From: Bacteroidaceae bacterium | Lineage (GTDB): Bacteria; Bacteroidota; Bacteroidia; Bacteroidales; Bacteroidaceae | NCBI GenBank assembly: GCA_017461605.1 | Contig: JAFTXN010000001.1 | Location: forward strand, 117,371-181,370 | Direction of reading: 5' to 3' | DNA: 64,000 nt | Part shown: positions 50,988-61,303 of the stretch, one piece after another | Layout: each line of letters starts with the position of its first letter | How positions within the stretch are numbered: position 1 is the first letter of the stretch | Notes under the pieces: generated by a model | Told to the model about the DNA's origin: nothing | The model's database searches: none | Seen by the model: the letters and a program-made list of their open reading frames with translations, nothing else | Translations under genes and position numbers: made by a program

Positions 50988-52268
50988 ATGGCAAAGAAGA
51001 AGCAAGACATCGTCAGTCTTATCGACACCTTCTCCGAATTTAAGGAGACCAAAAACATCGACCGCACTACCATGGTGGGCGTTCTGGAAGAAAGCTTCCG
51101 CAATGTAATCGCCAAAATCTATGGGTCGGACGACAACTTCACCGTCATCGTCAATCCTGACAAAGGCGACTGCGAAATCTATCGCAACCGTCTGATTGTA
51201 GCCGATGGCACAGTAACCGACCCCAACAAGCAGATTTCGCTCTCCGAAGCCCTGCAAATCGAACCCGACTACGAGGTAGGAGAAGAAGCCACCGAGACCA
51301 TCGACTTCGCCAAGTTCGGCCGTCGTGCCATCCTCACCCTGCGCCAAACGCTGGCCAGCAAAATTTTGGAGCTTGAGCACGACTCTCTCTATCAGAAATA
51401 CAAGGAACGCATCGGCCAAATCATCGCAGCCGAAGTGTATCAGACTTGGAAAAACGAAACACTGCTCATCGACGACGAAGGAAACGAACTGCTGTTGCCT
51501 AAGTCGCAACAAATTCCGCGCGACTTCTTCCACAAAGGCGACACCGTGCGTGCCGTCATCGACCGCGTGGACAACACCAACGGCAACCCCAAAATTTATC
51601 TCAGCCGCACAGCACCCGCATTCCTGCAACGCCTGCTCGAAGCCGAGATTCCCGAAATCGCCGAAGGCCTCATCCAACTGCGTCGCATCGCCCGCATCCC
51701 CGGCGAACGCGCCAAAATCGCTGTGGAAAGTTACGACGACCGCATCGACCCCGTGGGAGCCTGCGTAGGTGTCAAGGGTAGCCGCATTCACAACATTGTG
51801 CGCGAGATGCACAACGAAAACATCGATGTCATCAACTACACCAACAACATCCGTCTGTTCATCCAGCGCGCACTCAACCCGGCGACCATCTCAAGCATCG
51901 CACTCAACGAGGAAGAGCGCAAGGCCGAAGTATTCCTGCGCCCCGAAGAAGTGTCGCTGGCCATCGGTAAGAACGGTACCAACATCAAGCTGGCCTCCAT
52001 GCTGACCGAATACACCATCGACGTGTTCCGCGAAGTGGAAGAGGGCGAAGAGACAGAGGACGTGAGCCTTGACGAATTCAAGGACGAAATCGACGAGTGG
52101 GTAATCGAAGCCATCAAGAGCCTCGGCTTCGACACAGCCAAGAAGGTGCTGGGCGCCCCTCGCGAAATGCTTATCGAACGTGCCGACCTGGAAGAAGACA
52201 CAGTGGACGAACTGCTCGCTGTGCTCAGAGCCGAATTCGAAGAAGAGGAGGAGGCTTCACAAAGTTAA
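50988..52268 (+). CDS. nusA: Transcription factor NusA
   Basis: FGRRAI, ARIPGERAKIAV, IDPVGACVG, SLAIGKNG. Confidence 0.96.
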   Translation: MAKKKQDIVSLIDTFSEFKETKNIDRTTMVGVLEESFRNVIAKIYGSDDNFTVIVNPDKGDCEIYRNRLIVADGTVTDPNKQISLSEALQIEPDYEVGEEATETIDFAKFGRRAILTLRQTLASKILELEHDSLYQKYKERIGQIIAAEVYQTWKNETLLIDDEGNELLLPKSQQIPRDFFHKGDTVRAVIDRVDNTNGNPKIYLSRTAPAFLQRLLEAEIPEIAEGLIQLRRIARIPGERAKIAVESYDDRIDPVGACVGVKGSRIHNIVREMHNENIDVINYTNNIRLFIQRALNPATISSIALNEEERKAEVFLRPEEVSLAIGKNGTNIKLASMLTEYTIDVFREVEEGEETEDVSLDEFKDEIDEWVIEAIKSLGFDTAKKVLGAPREMLIERADLEEDTVDELLAVLRAEFEEEEEASQS

Positions 52269-52376
52269 GTGCTAAAAGAACGGCCGACGCACGGAGAAAC
52301 GCCTGCCGGCCGGCTATGAAAACTTCAACCCTTTTCTCAAAACTTTTAGCCCAACAACCAGACAACCCAATCAAGC

Positions 52377-55121
52377 ATGAGCGTAAGATTAAACATCGTA
52401 ATCAAAGAATGCAACGTAGGACTGCAAACCGTAGTCGACTTTCTGCATAAAAAAGGTGTAGAGGTGCAAGCCTCTCCCTCAGCCAAAATCACCGACGAGC
52501 AATATGAACTCATCCGCAACGAGTTTGGCGCTGACAAGGACCTGCGTAGCAAGGCCGAAGAGATGATCCAAAACCGACAGAAGGAGAAGAAAGCCACAGC
52601 ACAGGCCAAAAAAACTCCGGTCGAAGAGATTAAGACCGTCGTACCCGAAGAAGCACGCCCGAAAGTCGTGGTGAAGGGTCACATCGATCTCAACCCCAAA
52701 CCCACTCCCGAGCCTGCGAAAGAACCGGAAGCACAAGCACCCGTGGCGGAACCTGCTCCCGAACCCACACCAGAGGTGAAGCAAAAGCCGGAGAACAAGA
52801 AGCCGGCCCGCCCTAGCGTGGAGGAACGCGCCAAAGCCATCGGCGAAGAAAACGACGGCGTGTTCAAACTTCATCCTCAGACCACCGTGGCCGGTCCCAA
52901 GGTGCTCGGCACCATAGACCTCTCGTCCATCAACTCCAACACACGCCCCAAGAAGAAGAGCAAGGAGGAGAAACGCAAGGAACGCGAGGAGAAAAACCGC
53001 CAACAGAATGCTGCAGGACAAGGCGGCGAGCGCAAAAAGCGCAACCGCATCGGTAAGGAACGCGTAGACGTGAACGCAGCTGCCAACCAGCAGGGCGGAA
53101 ACGGCGGACGCAACCGCAACAACCAGCAGGCACAGGCCGCCGGTCAGAACGCACAGGGCAGCAAGCGCAGCAAGGAGCGCAACCGCAAAGCACAGCAGGT
53201 GGTAAAACCTGAAATCAGCGAGGAGGATGTAGCAAAGCAAGTGAAAGAAACGCTTGCACGCCTCACCAGCAAGACAAAAGCCGCCAAGGGTGCCAAATAT
53301 CGCAAAGAGAAACGCGAACAAGTGCGTGCACAGCAGGAGGAGATGCTGCAGGAAGAACGCGCAGGCAGCAAGACACTCAAGCTCACCGAGTTTGTAACTG
53401 CCAATGAACTGGCATCGATGATGGACGTGCCCGTCACGAAAGTCATCGGCACCTGCATGAGCATCGGCATCATGGTATCCATCAACCAACGTATGGATGC
53501 TGAAACCATCGACCTCGTTGCCGAAGAATTCGGATTCAAGACAGAATATATCAGTGCCGACGTGCAAGAAGCCATCACCGTGGAAGAAGACAGAGAGGAG
53601 GACCTCGAAGAACGCGCTCCCATCGTAACAGTCATGGGACACGTTGACCATGGTAAGACATCCTTGCTCGACTATGTTCGCAAAGCCAACGTAATCGCAG
53701 GCGAAGCCGGCGGAATCACACAACATATCGGTGCGTACAACGTACAATTGGAGAACGGCCGTCACATTACCTTCCTTGACACTCCCGGTCACGAAGCATT
53801 TACCGCCATGCGTGCTCGCGGTGCTCAGGTGACGGACATCGCGATTATCATCATCGCAGCCGACGACTCCATCATGCCACAGACAAAGGAGGCCATCAAC
53901 CATGCAGTGGCCGCCAATGTGCCCATCGTTTTTGCCATCAACAAAATCGATAAACCCACCGCCAATCCCGATAAGATCAAAGAGAACCTGGCAGCCATGA
54001 ACTTCCTGGTGGAAGAATGGGGCGGTAAGTACCAAAGCCAAGACATCAGTGCCAAGAAAGGCATCGGCGTGGAGGAACTGCTCGAAAAGGTGTTGCTCGA
54101 AGCCGACATGCTGGAACTGAAAGCCAACCCCAATCGCAAGGCCACCGGAACCGTGATCGAATCATCGCTCGACAAGGGTCGTGGTTACGTGGCCACCGTA
54201 TTGGTGAGCAGCGGAACGCTGCGCCAAGGCGACGTGGTGCTGGCCGGAACCAACTATGGCCGTGTGAAAGCTCTCTTCAACGAGCGCGGACAACGCATCC
54301 AGGAGGTAGGCCCCTCTATGGCCGCTACCCTGCTCGGTTTCAACGGTGCTCCGCAAGCCGGCGACCAGTTCCACGTGATGGAGACCGAACAAGAAGCACG
54401 CGAGATAGCCAACAAGCGCGAACAGCTGCAACGCGAGCAAGACCTGCGCACTCAGAAGATGCTCACCCTCGACGAAGTGGGCCGCCGCATCAAACTCGGA
54501 TCTTTCCAAGAGCTCAACATCATTGTCAAGGGCGACGTGGACGGTTCGGTCGAAGCACTTTCCGACTCTTTCATCAAGCTCTCCACAGAGACCATTGCCG
54601 TGAACGTTATTCACAAAGGCGTGGGACAGATTTCAGAGAACGACGTCACACTTGCAGCCGCCTCACAGGCCGTCATCGTCGGCTTCCAGGTTCGCCCCAG
54701 CCAGTCTGCACGAAAATTGGCAGAGAAGGACGGTGTCGAAATACGCCAGTACTCCGTCATCTACGATGCTATCGAAGAAGTGAAGGAAGCCATGGAAGGC
54801 ATGTTGCAACCCGTCCTGAAAGAAGAGATGACCTCCACCATCGAGGTGCGCCAGGTTTACCACATCTCAAAGGTGGGTTACGTGGCCGGTGCATACGTGA
54901 TGGATGGCACCGTACACCGCACGGACAAGGCACGCCTCATTCGCGACGGCATTGTCATCTTCACGGGAGAAATCAACGCCCTGAAGCGATTCAAGGACGA
55001 CGTGAAGGAGGTGAACACCAACTTCGAGTGCGGTATCAGCCTCAGCAACTGCAATGACATCAAGGAGGGCGACGTAATCGAAACCTTCCGCGAGATCGAA
55101 ATCAAACAGAAATTGCAATAA
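52377..55121 (+). CDS. infB: Translation initiation factor IF-2
   Basis: [42 protein letters not shown]. Confidence 0.97.
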   Translation: MSVRLNIVIKECNVGLQTVVDFLHKKGVEVQASPSAKITDEQYELIRNEFGADKDLRSKAEEMIQNRQKEKKATAQAKKTPVEEIKTVVPEEARPKVVVKGHIDLNPKPTPEPAKEPEAQAPVAEPAPEPTPEVKQKPENKKPARPSVEERAKAIGEENDGVFKLHPQTTVAGPKVLGTIDLSSINSNTRPKKKSKEEKRKEREEKNRQQNAAGQGGERKKRNRIGKERVDVNAAANQQGGNGGRNRNNQQAQAAGQNAQGSKRSKERNRKAQQVVKPEISEEDVAKQVKETLARLTSKTKAAKGAKYRKEKREQVRAQQEEMLQEERAGSKTLKLTEFVTANELASMMDVPVTKVIGTCMSIGIMVSINQRMDAETIDLVAEEFGFKTEYISADVQEAITVEEDREEDLEERAPIVTVMGHVDHGKTSLLDYVRKANVIAGEAGGITQHIGAYNVQLENGRHITFLDTPGHEAFTAMRARGAQVTDIAIIIIAADDSIMPQTKEAINHAVAANVPIVFAINKIDKPTANPDKIKENLAAMNFLVEEWGGKYQSQDISAKKGIGVEELLEKVLLEADMLELKANPNRKATGTVIESSLDKGRGYVATVLVSSGTLRQGDVVLAGTNYGRVKALFNERGQRIQEVGPSMAATLLGFNGAPQAGDQFHVMETEQEAREIANKREQLQREQDLRTQKMLTLDEVGRRIKLGSFQELNIIVKGDVDGSVEALSDSFIKLSTETIAVNVIHKGVGQISENDVTLAAASQAVIVGFQVRPSQSARKLAEKDGVEIRQYSVIYDAIEEVKEAMEGMLQPVLKEEMTSTIEVRQVYHISKVGYVAGAYVMDGTVHRTDKARLIRDGIVIFTGEINALKRFKDDVKEVNTNFECGISLSNCNDIKEGDVIETFREIEIKQKLQ

Positions 55122-55140
55122 GCAAAATACAACGCTCAGG

Positions 55141-55172
55141 AGGGCGGAAGGTTCTCAAGGTCTTCCGCCCTT
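55141..55172 (+). terminator. Hairpin after infB
   Basis: AGGGCGGAAG / CTTCCGCCCT. Confidence 0.6.
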
Positions 55173-55194
55173 GTATTAAAACGACACGATTCAT

Positions 55195-55629
55195 ATGAAA
55201 AGAAAGATTGAGTGTTTTTTCATAGCACTGTTTGCCTTGTTGACAACTACACCCCCTTTGATGGCAGACCGCGTGTCACATTATGTTCCCGGTGTCGCCA
55301 CTTATGGGGCTTCTAATCGAGTGTACGAATGCGGCCGATGCGGAAAATCTTTCCAGTCAGGCAGTGGCCATGTTTGCACATACGATGACGGCCGTTCGCA
55401 CCGCAGTGGTTCAGGCCGTGAATACGAAGCCAGTGATGCAGAAGCAGATGCCGTGATTGCCGCAGACCCATCGTTGCAAATCAACAACACCTACATGACA
55501 CCGTGGACACCGGAAGCGCCCTCTTCCGCTGATAAAGAAGATGAAGGGAATACACTTAACATTGTTCTCGGCATACTTGCAGTAGGTGGCCTCCTGGTGT
55601 ATATCTATCGAAAGAAACTGAGAAAATAA
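55195..55629 (+). CDS. Hypothetical exported protein with CxxC-x9-HxC motif and C-terminal membrane anchor
   Basis: N-terminal signal peptide, YECGRCGKSFQSGSGHVC, terminal TM helix plus YRKKLRK; the ORF fills the infB-cvpA gap. Confidence 0.75.
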   Translation: MKRKIECFFIALFALLTTTPPLMADRVSHYVPGVATYGASNRVYECGRCGKSFQSGSGHVCTYDDGRSHRSGSGREYEASDAEADAVIAADPSLQINNTYMTPWTPEAPSSADKEDEGNTLNIVLGILAVGGLLVYIYRKKLRK

Positions 55630-55652
55630 CAACACCCTAACACAAAAACACT

Positions 55653-56195
55653 ATGATAGACTTATTTCTCATCGTTTTACTGCTCTGGGCACTCTTCAGC
55701 GGCTGGCGAAACGGCTTGATCAGAGAGGTGGTCAGCACCGTGGGATTTTTGGTCGGCCTCTTTGTAGCCGCCACTTGCTACACCACGTTGGGAGAATACC
55801 TCTCCGTAGACGGAAGCGAGACCAACCAAGTGACGAGCATTATCGCCTTTTTCATCCTCTGGATCATCGTGCCCATAGCATTGGGCTTCGCAGCCAACCT
55901 GCTGACACGTGCTCTCAAAGGTATGAAACTGGGCATCCCGAATAGCATGTTGGGAGCCATCGTCAGCTTCATCAAGTTCTTGATACTCATCAGCTGTATC
56001 CTCAATGTGATGGGTGCACTCAACATTCTTGACGAGAGCAAGCGCAAAGATTCGGCCTTGTTTGAGCCTGTCTGCAACGTCGTGAGAGCTTTTCTCCCTG
56101 AGAGCGACACTATCGGCAATCTCTCTTTGGACGACGAAGCCGCCGAGAGCGACACTATCTGGGTGGAGATGAATGCCACCCCCGACTCTATCTAA
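55653..56195 (+). CDS. cvpA: CvpA family membrane protein
   Basis: MIDLFL...GWRNGLIRE, four TM helices, NSMLGA. Confidence 0.88.
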   Translation: MIDLFLIVLLLWALFSGWRNGLIREVVSTVGFLVGLFVAATCYTTLGEYLSVDGSETNQVTSIIAFFILWIIVPIALGFAANLLTRALKGMKLGIPNSMLGAIVSFIKFLILISCILNVMGALNILDESKRKDSALFEPVCNVVRAFLPESDTIGNLSLDDEAAESDTIWVEMNATPDSI

Positions 56196-56208
56196 ACCTA
56201 CGAACCTC

Positions 56209-57702
56209 ATGAAGCCCACCAAGAATACGCCGGCCGTTACTCCGACAGCTGCACCGACGGAAGAGAAAAACAGTCTCGTTCGTGAAGTGGCTGAGAAGAA
56301 ATATGAATACGGGTTTACGACAGATGTAGAAACCGACATCATTGAGACCGGTCTGAACGAAGACATCATCCGTCTCATTTCCCAAAAGAAGGAAGAGCCC
56401 GAGTGGTTGCTGGAGTTCCGTCTACGCGCCTACCGCCATTGGCTCACACTTGAGCAACCGGCTTGGGCGCATGTCAACCTGCCGGCCATCGACTATCAGG
56501 CCATCTCCTACTATGCCGACCCCACCAAGAAGAAAAAAGGCAATGGTAAGAAGGAAATCGACCCTGAGCTGATGAAAACTTTCGACAAGCTCGGCATTCC
56601 CCTCGAAGAGCGCATGGCGTTGGCCGGAGTGGCGGTCGATGCCGTGATGGACTCGGTGTCGGTAAAGACCACCTTCAAGGAGCGCTTACAGGAAAAGGGA
56701 GTCATTTTCTCCAGTTTCAGTGAAGCCGTTCGCGAAAACCCCGAACTGGTGCGCAAATACCTTGGCAGTGTTGTCCCCTATCGCGACAACTATTTTGCCG
56801 CGCTCAATTCGGCCGTCTTCTCCGATGGCTCGTTTGTCTACATCCCGAAGGGCGTTCGCTGCCCCATGGAGCTGTCCACTTATTTCCGCATCAACGCTCG
56901 CAACACGGGCCAGTTTGAGCGCACGCTCATCGTTTGCGAAGAGGGCGGATACGTCTCCTACCTCGAGGGATGCACCGCACCGATGCGCGACGAGAACCAG
57001 CTGCACGCCGCCATTGTGGAAATCATTGTGGAGAAAGATGCCGAAGTGAAGTACAGCACCGTGCAGAATTGGTATCCCGGCGACAGCGAAGGTCGGGGTG
57101 GCGTTTACAATCTCGTGACCAAGCGCGGCCAACTTCGCGGAGCCAATGCCAAACTCTCATGGACCCAGGTGGAAACCGGCAGTGCCATCACATGGAAATA
57201 CCCATCGTGTGTGTTGATGGGAGAAAATTCGCAAGCAGAATTCTACAGTGTTGCCGTCACCAACAACCACCAGGAGGCAGACACCGGCACCAAGATGATA
57301 CACATCGGCAAGGGCACACGCTCCACCATTGTGTCGAAGGGTATTTCGGCGGGCCTCAGCCAGAATTCTTACCGAGGCCTGGTGAAGATGGGCAGCAAGG
57401 CTGCCGGAGCACGCAACTACTCTTCGTGCGACTCTCTGCTGCTTGGTTCGAATTGCGGCGCGCACACTTTCCCTTACATCGATGTGAACCATCCCGATGC
57501 CACTGTGGAGCACGAAGCCACCACCTCCAAGATCAGCGAAGACCAGCTCTTCTACTGTAACCAGCGAGGCATTCCCACTGAGTCGGCCGTGGACTTGATT
57601 GTCAACGGATATGCCAAGGAAGTCATCAACAAGCTACCCATGGAGTTTGCCGTCGAAGCACAGAAGCTGCTCAGTGTTTCGCTCGAAGGTAGCGTGGGAT
57701 AA
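56209..57702 (+). CDS. sufB: Fe-S cluster assembly protein SufB
   Basis: [55 protein letters not shown], terminal LEGSVG. Confidence 0.97.
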   Translation: MKPTKNTPAVTPTAAPTEEKNSLVREVAEKKYEYGFTTDVETDIIETGLNEDIIRLISQKKEEPEWLLEFRLRAYRHWLTLEQPAWAHVNLPAIDYQAISYYADPTKKKKGNGKKEIDPELMKTFDKLGIPLEERMALAGVAVDAVMDSVSVKTTFKERLQEKGVIFSSFSEAVRENPELVRKYLGSVVPYRDNYFAALNSAVFSDGSFVYIPKGVRCPMELSTYFRINARNTGQFERTLIVCEEGGYVSYLEGCTAPMRDENQLHAAIVEIIVEKDAEVKYSTVQNWYPGDSEGRGGVYNLVTKRGQLRGANAKLSWTQVETGSAITWKYPSCVLMGENSQAEFYSVAVTNNHQEADTGTKMIHIGKGTRSTIVSKGISAGLSQNSYRGLVKMGSKAAGARNYSSCDSLLLGSNCGAHTFPYIDVNHPDATVEHEATTSKISEDQLFYCNQRGIPTESAVDLIVNGYAKEVINKLPMEFAVEAQKLLSVSLEGSVG

Positions 57703-57721
57703 ACCACTTATAGCATACCAT

Positions 57722-57770
57722 AAGGGAGAACATCGAAGCCACAGGCTCAAATGTTCTCCCTTGTTTTTTT
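57722..57770. terminator. Terminator between convergent sufB and rnr
   Basis: AAGGGAGAACAT / ATGTTCTCCCTT followed by a T-run. Confidence 0.8.
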
Positions 57771-57832
57771 CATCGGTGACACTCTGTTGCAAGTCTGCCC
57801 CCGAATCTCTTATTTTGCATTGCCATTCGGGC

Positions 57833-60121
57833 TTATCTTCTGCCCTTCTTGTTCTTCCCTTTCTTGGTGGGCATGATTGGCATCCGAGGTGCATCGCTGT
57901 GTCCATCCTCTTCCACCAAAGCATAGTCGAGTTGCTTTTTCTCCAGATTGGCTCGCTCCACGCGGATAGTCACCTTGTCGCCCAGGGCATACACCTTCCG
58001 GGTGCGGCGACCCACGAGACAATAATTGCGCTCGTCGAATTCATAGTAGTCGCCCAGGAGGGTGCGCAGCGGCACCATACCTTCGCATTTGCTCTCGGTC
58101 TCCTCGACATACAGTCCGAACTCTGTAACCCCGCTGATGATACCGGAAAATTCTTGACCGATACGCTCGCTCATGAACTCCACCTGCTTGTATTTGATGC
58201 TGGCCCGCTCGGCAGCCGTGGCAAGCTGTTCCATCTGTGAGGAGTGCTCGCACAATTCTTCATACTTATTGATGCTACCCGAGCGTCCACCCTCGGCATA
58301 ATGTGTCAGCAAGCGGTGCACCATGGTGTCGGGATAGCGACGTATGGGTGAGGTGAAGTGAGTGTAGTAGGGGAACATCAAGCCGTAGTGTCCAATGTTG
58401 TGTACGCTGTATTTGGCCTTCATCATGGCCCGCAGGGCCACCATTTCCACCATGTTCTCCTCCTTTTTTCCTTTCACATCGGTCAGTAGTTTGTTCAGGC
58501 TCTTGCTCACCTCTGTCTTGCTTCCCTCGGTGCGCACCTTGTATCCGAATTTGGCCACAAAGCCTTGCAGACGTTCCAGCTTCTCCGGATCGGGCACGTC
58601 ATGGATGCGATAGGGCAGCACCTTCGCCTTCTTGCCTTTCGGCACGCGGCCCACACTTTCGGCCACATATCGGTTGGCCAACAGCATGAACTCTTCGATA
58701 AGTTTGTTGGCATCCTTGGCTACCTTCACATAGGTGGAGACGGGGCGACCTTTTTCGTCGATTTCGAATCGCACCTCCGCACGGTCGAAACCTATAGCCC
58801 CATCAGCGAAGCGACGACTGCGTATTTGCTTGGCCAGGCGGTTCAGCGTGATGAGTTCCTCGGCATATTCTCCCACCGGCTTTCCGTCGGGTGCCGCGAT
58901 GCGCTCCGGATGATGGCCGGGCTGTGCCAGGTCCTCGGGCGAGGCTTCGCCATTCTGCTCGAAGATGTCTTGCACTTCTTCATAGGTAAATCGTCTGTCC
59001 GAACGTATCACCGTATGTGCCAGATGCCATTTCATCACTTCGCCTTGCGGTGTGAGATGGAAGATGGCGGAATAGGCCAATTTGTCCTCGTTGGGACGCA
59101 GGGAGCAGATAAAGTTGCAGAGTCGTTCGGGCAACATCGGGATGGTGCGGTCCACCAGATATACACTGGTGGCGCGTCGCTGTGCTTCACGGTCGATGAT
59201 GTCGCCCTCCTTCACGTAGTGCGACACGTCGGCAATGTGCACACCCACTTCCCATCCGCCCTCGATGCGACGCAACGACAATGCATCGTCGAAGTCCTTG
59301 GCATCACGGGGGTCGATGGTAAAGGTCAGCACATCGCGGAAATCCTCACGACGGGCTATCTCCTCATCTGTGATATCAGCGCTCAACTTCTCGGCAGCCC
59401 GTTCCACACTCTTCGGATAGCTGTAGGGCAATCCGTATTCTGCCAGTATGGCGTGCATCTCCGTGGTGTTATCTCCCTTTTTTCCGAGAATATCCACCAC
59501 CTTTCCGATGGGGCTCTTAGAATTTTCAGGCCATTCGATCAGTTTCACCACAGCCTTGTCGCCGGTTTTTCCCCCTGCCAGATATTCTTTGGGAATGAAC
59601 ACATCGGTGGCCAGGGCACGCCCTTCGGTAATCAGGAAGCCGAAGCCACGCTCCACCTGCAGCGTTCCCACAAACTGATCGTGCGCCCGCTTGATGATTT
59701 CCGTCACTTGCGCTTCACGTGTGTGCCCCCTGCGGCGTGCCAACATGGTGATACGCACGCGGTCGCCGTCGAGCGCATGCAACGAGTTGCGTTCGCACAC
59801 CAGGATGCTCTTTCCGCCATCGTCGGGAAGGAATGCATTGTGGCCATTGCGCTTTCGGCTAAACGTGCCTTCCATCACTTGCGAACGGATGGCCAAGCGG
59901 TAAACGCCTTGTCCGTTGTTGGCCAAATGGTCATCGGCCACGAGGTCGGTCAGCACGTCCATTGTGAGCATTTTGGCCGGATGCGTTTTTGCACCCACCG
60001 CTTCAAAAATCTTCTTCACACCGACCTCTTCTCCACCGGTAGCGTCAAAGAAGTCGAGCACGCGGCTCACCACTTCCTTCTTGGTGAGGCGCTTCACTTT
60101 CTCCTTGCTTTTCTTTGCCAT
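57833..60121 (-). CDS. rnr: Ribonuclease R
   Basis: TIDPRDAKDFDDALS, HIADVS, IEEFMLLAN, YTHFTSPIRRYPD, S1 domain. Confidence 0.96.
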   Translation of the reverse strand: MAKKSKEKVKRLTKKEVVSRVLDFFDATGGEEVGVKKIFEAVGAKTHPAKMLTMDVLTDLVADDHLANNGQGVYRLAIRSQVMEGTFSRKRNGHNAFLPDDGGKSILVCERNSLHALDGDRVRITMLARRRGHTREAQVTEIIKRAHDQFVGTLQVERGFGFLITEGRALATDVFIPKEYLAGGKTGDKAVVKLIEWPENSKSPIGKVVDILGKKGDNTTEMHAILAEYGLPYSYPKSVERAAEKLSADITDEEIARREDFRDVLTFTIDPRDAKDFDDALSLRRIEGGWEVGVHIADVSHYVKEGDIIDREAQRRATSVYLVDRTIPMLPERLCNFICSLRPNEDKLAYSAIFHLTPQGEVMKWHLAHTVIRSDRRFTYEEVQDIFEQNGEASPEDLAQPGHHPERIAAPDGKPVGEYAEELITLNRLAKQIRSRRFADGAIGFDRAEVRFEIDEKGRPVSTYVKVAKDANKLIEEFMLLANRYVAESVGRVPKGKKAKVLPYRIHDVPDPEKLERLQGFVAKFGYKVRTEGSKTEVSKSLNKLLTDVKGKKEENMVEMVALRAMMKAKYSVHNIGHYGLMFPYYTHFTSPIRRYPDTMVHRLLTHYAEGGRSGSINKYEELCEHSSQMEQLATAAERASIKYKQVEFMSERIGQEFSGIISGVTEFGLYVEETESKCEGMVPLRTLLGDYYEFDERNYCLVGRRTRKVYALGDKVTIRVERANLEKKQLDYALVEEDGHSDAPRMPIMPTKKGKNKKGRR

Positions 60122-60210
60122 AACACGTCCTCCTTTTGTTTCGACAAATTCTCGTTTGTTCCGTCATGCTTCACCGACTTTGCGGCAGCCATCAGCCCAT
60201 GGTGCTCCGG

Positions 60211-60624
60211 CTACCATTCCAAAGTCCGCGTGCCGTCCTCTGCTTCGGCAATGCTTACGCGCAGTGTTTCCGCAGGCAAGAGTTCTTCCACCAGCTCCGG
60301 CCATTCGATGAAACAGGTCCGGCCACTATACAGATAGTCCTCAAAGCCCAAATCAAAGGCCTCCTCCACACGATTGATGCGATAGAAATCAAAGTGGAAC
60401 AGGGGCTGCCCATCCGCCATGCGATATTCGTTTACGATGGAGAAGGTGGGCGAATTGACAGCATCGCTCACGCCAAGCTCTTCACACAGCGCGCGAACAA
60501 ACGTAGTCTTTCCGGCACCCATCTTACCGTAGAAGGCTATCACAGCAGGACGTGCCAAGGCTTCGGCAATGAATTGCTGCGCAGCCGGACGCAAAGCCGA
60601 CAAATCGGGAATACATATTTTCAT
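60211..60624 (-). CDS. tsaE: tRNA t6A biosynthesis ATPase TsaE
   Basis: GKMGAGKTT, VNSPTFSIVNEY, HFDFYR, IEWPE. Confidence 0.95.
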   Translation of the reverse strand: MKICIPDLSALRPAAQQFIAEALARPAVIAFYGKMGAGKTTFVRALCEELGVSDAVNSPTFSIVNEYRMADGQPLFHFDFYRINRVEEAFDLGFEDYLYSGRTCFIEWPELVEELLPAETLRVSIAEAEDGTRTLEW

Positions 60625-60649
60625 ATTCAACAATGCTTTTTTCTTTTGG

Positions 60650-60909
60650 CAAAAATAGTGCAAGGTGAGCGCAGAGCAAAAGGAAAACTTGTTTTTCTTT
60701 TCTCGGCCGAACCGCAGCCTATTTGGTGCAAAGCAAAAAATAGTGCAAGGCGAGCGAAATACATGCAAGAAAACGATAGTTTTTTTGCAGGGATTTCCGA
60801 GCCGCAGCCTGTTTTCTCAAAAAATAGTGCAAGGCGAGCGCAGAGCAAAAGGAAAACTTGTTTTTCTTTTCTCGGCCGAGCCGCAGCCTATTTGGTGCAA
60901 AGCAAAATA
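60650..60909 (-). repeat. Promoter-bearing dispersed element, three tandem 84-85 bp copies upstream of tsaE
   Basis: Units start at 60650, 60734 and 60818 with CAAAAA(A)TAGTGCAAGGYGAGCG...CCGARCCGCAGCCT; the gene-proximal unit reads TTTG-N19-TATTTTTG on minus. Confidence 0.92.
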
Positions 60910-61007
60910 TCCGATGAATAATCCGAACTGCATGGACAATCGCCTGACAGACATCGCAACCCGTCCCCTCCGTGACCGACCGCAGCCGGAAGGCTTTCCG
61001 GGATTTT

Positions 61008-61064
61008 CTGCAGTGCTTGTAGAATTTTCAGGAAGCACTGCAGAAAATTCTACAAGCACTGCAG
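61008..61064. repeat. 21-bp module triplet, type A, orientation R-F-F
   Basis: ctgca-GTGCT-tgtag aatttt cagga-AGCAC-tgcag aaaatt ctaca-AGCAC-tgcag. Confidence 0.9.
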
Positions 61065-61211
61065 ATTTTTACGGCACAATCGACCCTTTTTCTCGACCTT
61101 TTGTCATGATGCACCCACAGCACCTGCGACAAGCTGAAAAAAGTGCTTGCCATTCCGCATCGCCGAAAGCGCATTACAGCATCTTTCGGGAAACGAAAAA
61201 ACTTGTTTCAC

Positions 61212-61242
61212 TTTGACATTCAAACACCTTTCACTATTTTTG
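61212..61242 (+). promoter_or_regulatory. Bacteroidetes sigma-A promoter
   Basis: TTTG-N19-TATTTTTG. Confidence 0.7.
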
Positions 61243-61303
61243 CGCCCGTTAACAACTACAAAAACAACGACTAAAAAATTCAAACTCAATAAACCAATCA
61301 TCT

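Noticed and set aside
58565-60337. Long antisense ORFs (also 16563-18026, 23694-24989, 32362-33678, 48895-50205, 52479-54041)
   Set aside because: Shadow frames opposite conserved GC3-rich genes, with no recognisable motifs.
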